Below, one piece after another: positions 20,946 through 29,380 of a DNA stretch of 64,000 nt. The translations under genes were made by a program, and so were the position numbers. The stretch is taken from sequence record OL631478.1; one strand, given 5' to 3'. Source of the DNA: Escherichia phage ECML-1. The notes beneath the pieces were generated by a model. That model searched no databases, had not been told where the DNA came from, and saw nothing but the letters and a program-made list of their open reading frames with translations. Every line of letters begins with the position of its first letter. Position 1 is the first letter of the stretch.

Positions 20946-21203
20946 ATGAAAGATTTAATAGAAAAACATGAGCGACCAATATACTTGCTCTACAAACCCC
21001 GCAAAGCATTGTACTATGTGAGCAGCACAGGTATCATGATAAAGCAGAATAATGACTTATGGGTCACTGGAGCCTCTTACATCTCTACAGTAGATGGTAA
21101 AATCTACGCAAGACCTTATGAGATGTTTAACAAAGAAAATTGGGAAGTTTTAGACAGAAAACAAGCCTTAGAAATGATAAAGAAAGGAGAAATCACGCTA
21201 TGA
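20946..21203 (+). CDS. hypothetical protein
   Basis: Start taken at the internal Met (MKDLIEKHERP) after nrdA stop; overlaps nrdB start by 4 nt. Confidence 0.35.
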   Translation: MKDLIEKHERPIYLLYKPRKALYYVSSTGIMIKQNNDLWVTGASYISTVDGKIYARPYEMFNKENWEVLDRKQALEMIKKGEITL

Positions 21204-22273
21204 TTAACCAGCACCCAATCTTTTTAGGTGGCGAGAGAAAAACTTTTGACTCACTTAACAAGCACTACCCAAAAATCTTTGAACTTTATAAACAACAAAA
21301 AGCACAAGATTGGTCAGAAGATGAGTTCCCTTTTGAACAATCACGTCTTGATTTTGAGAGTGTCCCAGCATCAATGTCAGGTGTAATGCTTGAGATTCTT
21401 AAGTGGCAATGGGAAGCGGATACTCAAGTTGCTAAGAGCTTGGCATTTGCCTTTGCACCATTTATCTCTGATGACATCTATGCAACTGCAATTATGAAGC
21501 AGTCTGAGATTGAAAACCTACATGCTCTTACTTACTCAGAGATTGTAAGGCAATGTATTAAAAACCCTGAAACAATCTTAGATGAGATTAACCAGAATGT
21601 TGCTGTGCAAGACCGATTAAAAACTGTGAATCGTGTTCTTGAAGAATTACTGGATGAAGGCATAAACTATCGTCTCAGTTATGTGCGTGACTCACTTCTG
21701 GACAAAGACCCATTACACTTCCATAAAGTGATTCTAAAAGGTCTATTTGCAGTGACTGCACTTGAAGGCATTTCCTTCATGGCATCCTTTGCATGTACCT
21801 TTGCACTTGATGCTCAGGATAAATTTCAGGGTATTGCTCAAGCTGTCCAGAAAATTATGCTTGATGAAATCCTTCACACCAAGATTGATATTGAAGTTTT
21901 AAAAGAAACTTTAAGAGATGATGAGTGGCAGAAAGCTTTTCAACAAATTCTTCCAGAGATTAAAGTAATCTTAGATGAAGTAGTTGAAAGTGAAGAGAAA
22001 TGGTCGTATTATATCTTCTCCGAAGGACGTGCTGTAGTTGGCTTAAATACAAAACTTCTTCATGAGTGGGTTTACTATAATGCTGCCCCACTGTATGATA
22101 TGTTTGGCATTCCCAGAGATTTTGTAGCTCCTAAAGAACCACCTTTGAAGTATATGATTAAGAAGATGGAAATTGATAAAGAGCAGAATGCTAATCAGGA
22201 GCAACAGAACGGTGCGTACCTGTTGAATACTGTTGTAGATGATTTGAATAGTGGATTTTTAGAGGTTCCTTAA
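21200..22273 (+). CDS. nrdB: ribonucleotide reductase class Ia small subunit
   Basis: Start at MINQHPIF with AAAGGAGAA Shine-Dalgarno (ORF-track start at 21140 is probably too far upstream); position after nrdA. Confidence 0.8.
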   Translation: MINQHPIFLGGERKTFDSLNKHYPKIFELYKQQKAQDWSEDEFPFEQSRLDFESVPASMSGVMLEILKWQWEADTQVAKSLAFAFAPFISDDIYATAIMKQSEIENLHALTYSEIVRQCIKNPETILDEINQNVAVQDRLKTVNRVLEELLDEGINYRLSYVRDSLLDKDPLHFHKVILKGLFAVTALEGISFMASFACTFALDAQDKFQGIAQAVQKIMLDEILHTKIDIEVLKETLRDDEWQKAFQQILPEIKVILDEVVESEEKWSYYIFSEGRAVVGLNTKLLHEWVYYNAAPLYDMFGIPRDFVAPKEPPLKYMIKKMEIDKEQNANQEQQNGAYLLNTVVDDLNSGFLEVP

Positions 22274-22515
22274 TGACTTATGTGATTTACTCCAAAACTG
22301 GATGCCCTCAGTGTGAGACTGCAAAGAATTTTGCAAAAGCTCGTGGTATTGACCATGTTGTGAGAATGTTAGGGCAGGACTATGAACTGTCAGACCTGAT
22401 GGATATTGCACAGATGCCAGTTCGTCAGATGCCATTCATCATGAAAACTGATGGACAAAACCTAAAACCTGTTGGGACGCTACAGAATTTTATGGCAGAG
22501 GTGAATAATGCTTAA
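22273..22515 (+). CDS. glutaredoxin-like protein (NrdH/Grx family)
   Basis: CPQC redox motif in an 80 aa protein directly after nrdB. Confidence 0.6.
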   Translation: MTYVIYSKTGCPQCETAKNFAKARGIDHVVRMLGQDYELSDLMDIAQMPVRQMPFIMKTDGQNLKPVGTLQNFMAEVNNA

Positions 22516-22714
22516 ACGCATTTGGGAAGGTTTGGTTGTCGATGCACCAGCTATTGTGATTGGTATGCTGATTGTTAACCTATTTACTGATTTTGAACAA
22601 GGTTCATTGTTTGGGGCCATGTTACTATGGGTTATCTTTGAAATATTAGAGATACAGTTAGGTATCACTGAAAAACTGAGAAAACTCTTTGCGAAGTTTT
22701 CTAAAAAGATTTAA
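22508..22714 (+). CDS. small membrane protein
   Basis: 68 aa with two hydrophobic segments. Confidence 0.4.
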   Translation: MLKRIWEGLVVDAPAIVIGMLIVNLFTDFEQGSLFGAMLLWVIFEILEIQLGITEKLRKLFAKFSKKI

Positions 22715-22722
22715 AATGAAAG

Positions 22723-22744
22723 GGTCTCTTCGGAGACCTTTTTA
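22723..22744 (+). terminator. intrinsic terminator
   Basis: ggtctc-ttcg-gagacc followed by tttttt. Confidence 0.7.
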
Positions 22745-22762
22745 GCATGTAAAGGGGCAATA

Positions 22763-24907
22763 ATGAACAAAGTACAGATTATTAAAAAGAATGGCTCACT
22801 TGAAGAACCTGATATCAAAAAAGTTTTAGCAGCAGTCACAAAGTCAGCTAACAGAGTTGGTTATAAAGAGCTTCCACCAGATGTTACTCAAGCTCTTGAG
22901 TCAGCATTTATGAGGATTCTGGTAAAGTCCACTAAGCAGAATAATTTGCTAATTTCTGTAAATGATATTCACAGTATTGTTGAAGGTGCTTTGGCAGAGG
23001 TCAATCACGAGATTTATGAGTCTTACTCAACATACAGAAATTACCGTAAAGAGGTTGCTCAAAATTGGGACGAACTCTACCAGAAGACTAAAGATACACT
23101 CTTCTTAGGTGACCGTGAAAATGCTAACTTTGACAGCAGTTTAATTTCTACGAAAGGTTCAATTATCCGTGGTTACCTGACTAAAGAAATATTTAAACAG
23201 TATCATCTAACACCAGAGGAACTTGAAGCCATTGAGAAAGGCTTTATCTATATCCACGATTTGAGAGACCTGATTTTTGGTGGTATTAACTGTTGCCTGT
23301 TTGACATTGGTAAAGTACTAAAAGGTGGCTTTGAAATGTCCGGCATTGAGTACTGTGAACCTAAATCTGTACTGTCAGCGTTGCAGGTTATTGGTGACGT
23401 AGTACTTTCAGCAACTGCACAGCAATTTGGTGGTTTTACTTTAGCAGAGATTGATAAGGTACTTGTACCGTATGCTAAGAAGTCTCTACGCTATCATGCT
23501 GAGAAAGCATCATCTTATGGTATTCCTAAAGAGCATTACCACAATTATGTAATGGAGCAGCTACAGATTGAACTAACTCAAGGTTTCCAGTCACTTGAAA
23601 TGAAACTAAATACCGTACCTTGTAGCCGTGGGGATTTTGCATTTACAACTTTGACATTCGGGTTACTTGACTCAGATATGTCTAATGAAGATAACCGACT
23701 GCAATATATGATTGCAAGTACTCTCCTAGATGTTCGTATGAATGGACAAGGTAAGAGCAAGAAACCTGTTGTATTCCCTAAACTGGTTTATATTTATGAC
23801 CAGAAGAGACATAATGAGAATATCTGTCAAGGCCACCTGTACAGTAAAGCTATAGAGTGTTGCTCTAAAGCGATGTATCCAGATTTCTTAAGTGTATCTG
23901 GTCATGGTGCTGTAGCAGAAGCTTTTGAGCGTTCTGGCAAGGTAATCTCGCCGATGGGTTGTAGAGCCTTCTTATCTCCATATCTTAACGAGGATGGGGA
24001 AGAGTTTTACGTTGGTCGTGCTAACATTGGTGCTGTATCTTTGAACTTGCCAATGATTTACCAGTACTCTAAAGAGAATGGTTTAGATTTCTGGAAAGAG
24101 CTTGATAAGTACCTAGAGATGATTCGCAACTTCCACAAGAAACGCTACGAAATGATTGCTAATATGCCAGCAAGTTCTAACCCTCTTGCGTTCACACAAG
24201 GTGGTCTGTACAAAGGAACTAAGAAACCTACTGACAAGGTTGGTTGGGATATTGTGAAGTCCTTCACAGCTTCTTTTGGTGTTACTGCGCTTGATGAGTT
24301 GTCTGTTCTTGCTGAAGGTAAACGACTTCATGAAGTTGGAAGCTATAGTTTTGCATATGATGTTCTGGCATACATTAACATGAAAACCGAAGAGTTTAAA
24401 AATGAAGATGGCTTCTTATATGCCGTCTATGGTACTCCAGCAGAATCACTTTGTGGAACTCAGTTAAAACAGTTCAGAGATATGTTTGGCGTCATTAAAG
24501 GTGTCTCTGACAAGGAATACTTTACAAACAGTTTCCATATGAATGTTGCAGCAGACATCTCACCATTTGAGAAGCAGGACTTAGAAGAGCCATTCTTCCA
24601 TATCTGTAGAGGCGGCAGAATCCAGTATGTAAGGGTAGCTAACCCAGAAAACTTGCCAGCACTTAAAAGTTGTATTACCAGAGGGATGTTGAAGGGTTTT
24701 TATCAGGGACTTAACTTTGACTTAGCAATCTGTGAACATTGTGGTAACAGACCAAAGGCTGATGTTGAAGAATGTGAGGTTTGCCATTCACACGACATCT
24801 CTGTGATTAACAGGGTGTGCGGATATCTTGGGTGGACTAAGATTAAAGGTGAATCTCGAATGAATGATGCAAAAATCGCTGAGATTCGTGACAGAATTTC
24901 TATGTAA
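22763..24907 (+). CDS. nrdD: anaerobic ribonucleoside-triphosphate reductase
   Basis: 714 aa; C-terminal zinc ribbon CEHCG...CEVCH and glycyl-radical motif RVCGYLG. Confidence 0.85.
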   Translation: MNKVQIIKKNGSLEEPDIKKVLAAVTKSANRVGYKELPPDVTQALESAFMRILVKSTKQNNLLISVNDIHSIVEGALAEVNHEIYESYSTYRNYRKEVAQNWDELYQKTKDTLFLGDRENANFDSSLISTKGSIIRGYLTKEIFKQYHLTPEELEAIEKGFIYIHDLRDLIFGGINCCLFDIGKVLKGGFEMSGIEYCEPKSVLSALQVIGDVVLSATAQQFGGFTLAEIDKVLVPYAKKSLRYHAEKASSYGIPKEHYHNYVMEQLQIELTQGFQSLEMKLNTVPCSRGDFAFTTLTFGLLDSDMSNEDNRLQYMIASTLLDVRMNGQGKSKKPVVFPKLVYIYDQKRHNENICQGHLYSKAIECCSKAMYPDFLSVSGHGAVAEAFERSGKVISPMGCRAFLSPYLNEDGEEFYVGRANIGAVSLNLPMIYQYSKENGLDFWKELDKYLEMIRNFHKKRYEMIANMPASSNPLAFTQGGLYKGTKKPTDKVGWDIVKSFTASFGVTALDELSVLAEGKRLHEVGSYSFAYDVLAYINMKTEEFKNEDGFLYAVYGTPAESLCGTQLKQFRDMFGVIKGVSDKEYFTNSFHMNVAADISPFEKQDLEEPFFHICRGGRIQYVRVANPENLPALKSCITRGMLKGFYQGLNFDLAICEHCGNRPKADVEECEVCHSHDISVINRVCGYLGWTKIKGESRMNDAKIAEIRDRISM

Positions 24908-24916
24908 AACTTGACA

Positions 24917-24956
24917 AGGTGATGTGGGTCTTGATAGGCTTGCATCACCTTTTTTA
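24917..24956 (+). terminator. intrinsic terminator
   Basis: aaggtgatg...catcacctt hairpin followed by ttttt. Confidence 0.6.
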
Positions 24957-25061
24957 TTGGATGTTAGATATGGCAGAGAACATCATTGGCCTATTCATAG
25001 GTTCTGTCTTACTAGGGTTCTTTTTAGGACTCTCTTATTGTGAATTGAGAGATAAGTTAAA

Positions 25062-25262
25062 ATGTTTAAGATATCAAAAACGATGATATACATACTCCAC
25101 ATTCTAATCTTCTTCTTTGGGGTTAGTGTTATGTTATGGGGTTTTTCAGACCCACAATGGAGTTTATCATATCATGGTCAGATGGATTTATGGTCATGCT
25201 TCAAACCATTTTTAGGGTTAGCTATAGCATTCAGTGCATTACCAACTAAGGTGAAATTATGA
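25062..25262 (+). CDS. small membrane protein
   Basis: 66 aa with two predicted transmembrane segments. Confidence 0.35.
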   Translation: MFKISKTMIYILHILIFFFGVSVMLWGFSDPQWSLSYHGQMDLWSCFKPFLGLAIAFSALPTKVKL

Positions 25263-25654
25263 TTAAGTTAAACCAAAAACAGTTAGAGTGGATTAAAGAT
25301 TACGCCTCAGAGTGTGGCTCTTGCGAAAAGAATCACGTAAAATACTCAACATTCCATACGGCCTTCACATTGTATATCAGCGACAACGTTCTAAGCGATT
25401 CCGTAGAAGATGGTGTAGCATTGCCTAATGAATTGCTTGATAAATTAGCTGTAGTCACTGGAACGTGGAGTGAAGAAGATGGTCACGAGCTATCTGACGA
25501 TGTTGTCTTCTACAGTCTTGAAAATATTATGAATCCAGAGTACATTATGCTAATGACTTGTGCACAAGACTGTGTGCCACTACAAAACTTCATTAAAGAG
25601 CACTGTGAAGAATTTATTACTAAACAGGTTCCTTGTCAGGTGGTGTTTGAATGA
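25259..25654 (+). CDS. hypothetical protein
   Basis: 131 aa ORF. Confidence 0.45.
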   Translation: MIKLNQKQLEWIKDYASECGSCEKNHVKYSTFHTAFTLYISDNVLSDSVEDGVALPNELLDKLAVVTGTWSEEDGHELSDDVVFYSLENIMNPEYIMLMTCAQDCVPLQNFIKEHCEEFITKQVPCQVVFE

Positions 25655-25950
25655 GTAAAACAATTCGAAGAAAAGGTTTAAAGAACGTTCATGGACTCTA
25701 TGAGTGGAGAAATGAGGTACGTAACAGAGAAAATGCTTCAGATGTCTACTTCCATTCTGATATGATGTCCAGAAAAGGTGGCTCTTACGACTTCACAAGC
25801 CAGCCTTGTAGAGAGATTAAGAAGGCCACTAAACGTCTTACAAGAACACAAATAAGGCAGCTTTCTAAGACATCCTTCTTAGATGAAGATTTTGATATTG
25901 ATAGCAAGTCTCCAAAGAAAGCCGCTAAGAACACTTATATGTATTGGTGA
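25651..25950 (+). CDS. hypothetical protein
   Basis: 99 aa ORF. Confidence 0.45.
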   Translation: MSKTIRRKGLKNVHGLYEWRNEVRNRENASDVYFHSDMMSRKGGSYDFTSQPCREIKKATKRLTRTQIRQLSKTSFLDEDFDIDSKSPKKAAKNTYMYW

Positions 25951-25959
25951 GGTAACTAG

Positions 25960-26445
25960 ATGAATTACATGGAGATTCGACCATTTGACACAGCTAATGG
26001 TGAAGGGGTTCGTGTAAGCCTCTTCGTAGCTGGTTGTAAGCATCACTGTGAAGGTTGCTTTAATAAGGAATCTTGGAAGTTTAATGCTGGTAAAGAGTTC
26101 ACTTATGCAAACCTCTATGGCATCATTAAATTAATGGATGATAATGCCGTCAGTGGGTTGTCAATACTTGGTGGAGAACCTCTGGATGATAGAAATATTC
26201 AAGAGGTTACCAACATATGCAAACGTATTAAAACCGTTTACCCAGAAAAATCTATCTGGCTATGGACAGGTTTTCAGTTACACGAAAAAATTCACCTAGA
26301 TGTGATGAAATATGTTGACGTGGTGATTGATGGTAAGTATGATTCATCTAAACCAACAGTTAAACCATATCGTGGTTCTGATAACCAAAACCTCTGGAGA
26401 AAAGAGTACGGATGGCAAGGTGATTGTCAGTGGAGAGCAGAGTGA
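25960..26445 (+). CDS. nrdG: anaerobic ribonucleotide reductase activating enzyme (radical SAM)
   Basis: CKHHCEGC radical-SAM cysteine cluster; 161 aa; close to nrdD. Confidence 0.75.
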   Translation: MNYMEIRPFDTANGEGVRVSLFVAGCKHHCEGCFNKESWKFNAGKEFTYANLYGIIKLMDDNAVSGLSILGGEPLDDRNIQEVTNICKRIKTVYPEKSIWLWTGFQLHEKIHLDVMKYVDVVIDGKYDSSKPTVKPYRGSDNQNLWRKEYGWQGDCQWRAE

Positions 26446-26541
26446 TTATTCTGGCAAATGGACTAAGGTATAACTCCAATTGGTATCACTGAAGAAGAAC
26501 TTCATAAGTTCTGTATTAAACTTTAATGAGAGAGACTAAAA

Positions 26542-26808
26542 ATGGGAATTTTAGGTAATATGAAAGCTGGATTCTTGAAGGCACTGGAAAAAGCAGCAGC
26601 AATTGTTTCTATGACTGGAAAGCAGGTCGGTGTAGATGCTTCAGCGGTTGCACAGGTTCTTGCAAGCCAAATTGAACAGCAGCCTTACATCTACGTAGGA
26701 CGTGGTAAAGGTGGTAAGAAACAAGCCCACCGCCAATCTGGTGCAGCAGCTATTAAACGAGCAGCTAAGAAAGCTCGTAACCGTAAACGTAACAAGAAGG
26801 TTAAATAA
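26542..26808 (+). CDS. small basic protein
   Basis: 88 aa with Lys/Arg-rich C-terminus. Confidence 0.4.
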   Translation: MGILGNMKAGFLKALEKAAAIVSMTGKQVGVDASAVAQVLASQIEQQPYIYVGRGKGGKKQAHRQSGAAAIKRAAKKARNRKRNKKVK

Positions 26809-26810
26809 CC

Positions 26811-27131
26811 ATGAGCAAAGTTTATAACACTCGTAAATTACAGATTTTCGTACTGTGCCAGTTTATGGCTAAAGAATACAACTTCTACTATTGTGGTACA
26901 GGTTTTATTAGCGATGATGATGGCTCATACCTCCCATTCAAAGAAGCTGTAAAACTCTTTAATGAAGAGAAAAGCTCTAAGAAAGATATTGAAAAGGTTA
27001 AGCTAACCTACAGCAAGAAAGATAAGAAGATTATCTGCCTAGATAACTTTGTGAAAGTTACTGGAGAAGCAAAAGAGTTTATGGATGAGAGTGATATTTC
27101 ATTCACAAGCATCTTGAAAGTAGCTCAGTAA
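26811..27131 (+). CDS. hypothetical protein
   Basis: 106 aa ORF. Confidence 0.45.
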   Translation: MSKVYNTRKLQIFVLCQFMAKEYNFYYCGTGFISDDDGSYLPFKEAVKLFNEEKSSKKDIEKVKLTYSKKDKKIICLDNFVKVTGEAKEFMDESDISFTSILKVAQ

Positions 27132-27143
27132 ACAGATACTATA

Positions 27144-27169
27144 AGGGGACTGTAAAGGTTCCCTTTTTA
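27144..27169 (+). terminator. intrinsic terminator
   Basis: ggggac...gttccc hairpin followed by tttttatttt. Confidence 0.5.
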
Positions 27170-27182
27170 TTTTGGAGGTAAA

Positions 27183-27698
27183 ATGTATCTGTCAAACCTG
27201 AAACGTTCGGTTGCAATGTCAGTTCTAAGACTCAGCTTTGATGAGCGTCAAGAGTTTATAGACTCCCACAAATATGACCCTTCAAATTCTAATCACATGG
27301 TTCTTTGGAATCGTGATAACTTCCGTGAAAGAGCACTTGTCCGTTATTACCCACACTACACAATAGATAACCTGTATGAATGGTGTGTTGTGAAGAACAC
27401 CATTGCAACACTGAACAATCTTTGCAGGTATACGGGTAAGCAAACATTTACATTAGGTCATCACAAACCTGTTACAAAAGGTGGTGAACATCACTGTGCA
27501 AACTGGTTTATCCAAACTAAAACTGATAACCAGAAGCAAGGAGATAGCCTCCTAAGTATCCCTAAGATGACCTATGAAGAGCAAGAGAAATATATCAAAA
27601 ATAATATGCCAGATGTGCTTGACAACAACTATACAGATTTGGCAATATCTCTCCTGTTGAAGTTCGAGACAGTTTATAGGGCAACTTATAATGGCTAA
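27183..27698 (+). CDS. putative HNH-family nuclease
   Basis: LGHHKPVTKGGEHHCANW resembles an HNH core; weak. Confidence 0.35.
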   Translation: MYLSNLKRSVAMSVLRLSFDERQEFIDSHKYDPSNSNHMVLWNRDNFRERALVRYYPHYTIDNLYEWCVVKNTIATLNNLCRYTGKQTFTLGHHKPVTKGGEHHCANWFIQTKTDNQKQGDSLLSIPKMTYEEQEKYIKNNMPDVLDNNYTDLAISLLLKFETVYRATYNG

Positions 27699-27969
27699 AG
27701 AAAAGTGGGAGATTTTACCATTAGTCAGTGAAGGTGGTAATGGTTGTGAGATGTACATGATACGTGGTCATGTTCCAGAACCAATTGCACTTGAGATGGT
27801 AAACAACTTTACAGATGGTTCTTACAAAGACTTAGGAGAGCCAACTATAAAGCATCAATGGGTAAAGCCTGTACCAGACAGCACAGGTAACTGTAGTGTA
27901 CTTTACCACGTTGTAGACCCTGTAAAATGCAAATCTGCAATGGCAGTAACAAACGTAACCTTTGATTGA
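27691..27969 (+). CDS. hypothetical protein
   Basis: 92 aa ORF. Confidence 0.4.
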   Translation: MAKEKWEILPLVSEGGNGCEMYMIRGHVPEPIALEMVNNFTDGSYKDLGEPTIKHQWVKPVPDSTGNCSVLYHVVDPVKCKSAMAVTNVTFD

Positions 27970-27984
27970 GATAGAGAGAAAACT

Positions 27985-28866
27985 ATGAAAACTGTTATTG
28001 AAGCCGTCATCACCGCACAAGAGAAATTCTTCCACACAGAAAAATTTAATATCATCCAATTCCCATCTGGAGAAATTGGTGGAAACTTCTCTGAAGATTT
28101 TGTTAAGTTTGCTGAGCGTAATGCTGGTAAGATTGATAATGTTATATTTACTGTACAGGGGTATGACAAAGATACACTGTTTGCATTAGCTTTGGCTAAG
28201 GATGCCGTTGACAGTCTTGTTCCCCAGAAATCAGCGATGAAAACCGTTGTTTTCGGGTTCTTACCAAATGCTCGATATGACCGCCACATGTTCAAAGGTG
28301 ATGCAGCAGCACTGAAAGTCTTTGCCAACCTTGTTAATGCAATGGGTTTTGATGCAGTATGTGCTCTTGACCCTCACAGTAATGTTGCAGAAAACTTATT
28401 TAAGTGTTTTCAGAGCATGAAGCAAAAAGATGTGGCAGTACACTTTGCAAGTGACCCACGCATTGATTTCTTAGTAGCCCCAGATGCAGGTGCAGCTAAG
28501 AAGACTGAAGATGCCGCTAAAGAGGTAGATAAACCATATATCACAATGTCTAAGGTGCGCAATCTTAAGACTGGAGAAATCACTGGTATGCGAATCCTTG
28601 ATGATGTTGATTTGACAGATAAAACTGTCATGATTCTTGATGATATTTGTGATGGTGGTCGAACCTTCGTAGAAGCAGCGAAACATCTTCGTGAAGCAGG
28701 TGCAAAACGTGTGGAACTCTATGTAACACATGGTATCTTCTCTAAAGGTGTTGAAAACCTTCTTGACAATGGTATTGACCATATTTACACTACAAACTCT
28801 TTAGGCGAAGCTAAAGACCGTGGCTTAACACACTATGGTCAAGTTACTGTAGCAACCATTGATTAG
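27985..28866 (+). CDS. ribose-phosphate pyrophosphokinase-like protein (Prs-like; candidate ADPR-PP synthetase of a NARP1-type pathway)
   Basis: PRTase-fold signature VMILDDICDGGRTF plus N-terminal Prs-like domain; 293 aa; two genes upstream of the NAMPT-like gene. Confidence 0.65.
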   Translation: MKTVIEAVITAQEKFFHTEKFNIIQFPSGEIGGNFSEDFVKFAERNAGKIDNVIFTVQGYDKDTLFALALAKDAVDSLVPQKSAMKTVVFGFLPNARYDRHMFKGDAAALKVFANLVNAMGFDAVCALDPHSNVAENLFKCFQSMKQKDVAVHFASDPRIDFLVAPDAGAAKKTEDAAKEVDKPYITMSKVRNLKTGEITGMRILDDVDLTDKTVMILDDICDGGRTFVEAAKHLREAGAKRVELYVTHGIFSKGVENLLDNGIDHIYTTNSLGEAKDRGLTHYGQVTVATID

Positions 28867-28874
28867 GTAACAGT

Positions 28875-29366
28875 ATGAATAAGGGTTATTTTGAAAAATA
28901 CCTAATATATGAACCAGATACAGGTTTATTAATTTGGAGAGTAACCCTTTGCAGTACCGCTATTGCTGGTAATGTGGCTGGCACAAGGTCTAAGAAGGGT
29001 TATATCCAAGTCCAGATAAATAAGAATAGGTACTATGCACATAATATTGCATGGATTATGTCTGGAGGTGAGATACCAAGTGGATATGAGATAGACCACA
29101 TAGACCTTGATAAAGCTAATAATAAGTTGGAGAACTTAAGACTTAGCACAAAGTCACAAAATCAGAGGAATAGAGGTATATACAAGAATAATAAAACTGG
29201 TGTGAAGGGTGTAAGTTTTTGTAAACAAACAGGTCTTTACAAAGCAAGAGTCACGCTTTACCATAAAGAATACTTTTGTGGAAGATTTAAAACGGTAGAA
29301 GAAGCAAAAGAAGCTGTAATTAAAAAGCGAATAGAACTTCATGGTGAGTTTGCAAGACATAACTAA
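28875..29366 (+). CDS. HNH homing endonuclease with AP2-like domain
   Basis: Paralogous to 15964..16479 (YYAHNIAWIMSGGEIPSGYEIDHIDLDKANN; TGVKGVSFCKQTGLYKARVT). Confidence 0.55.
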   Translation: MNKGYFEKYLIYEPDTGLLIWRVTLCSTAIAGNVAGTRSKKGYIQVQINKNRYYAHNIAWIMSGGEIPSGYEIDHIDLDKANNKLENLRLSTKSQNQRNRGIYKNNKTGVKGVSFCKQTGLYKARVTLYHKEYFCGRFKTVEEAKEAVIKKRIELHGEFARHN

Positions 29367-29380
29367 GAGAGAGATAAAAT

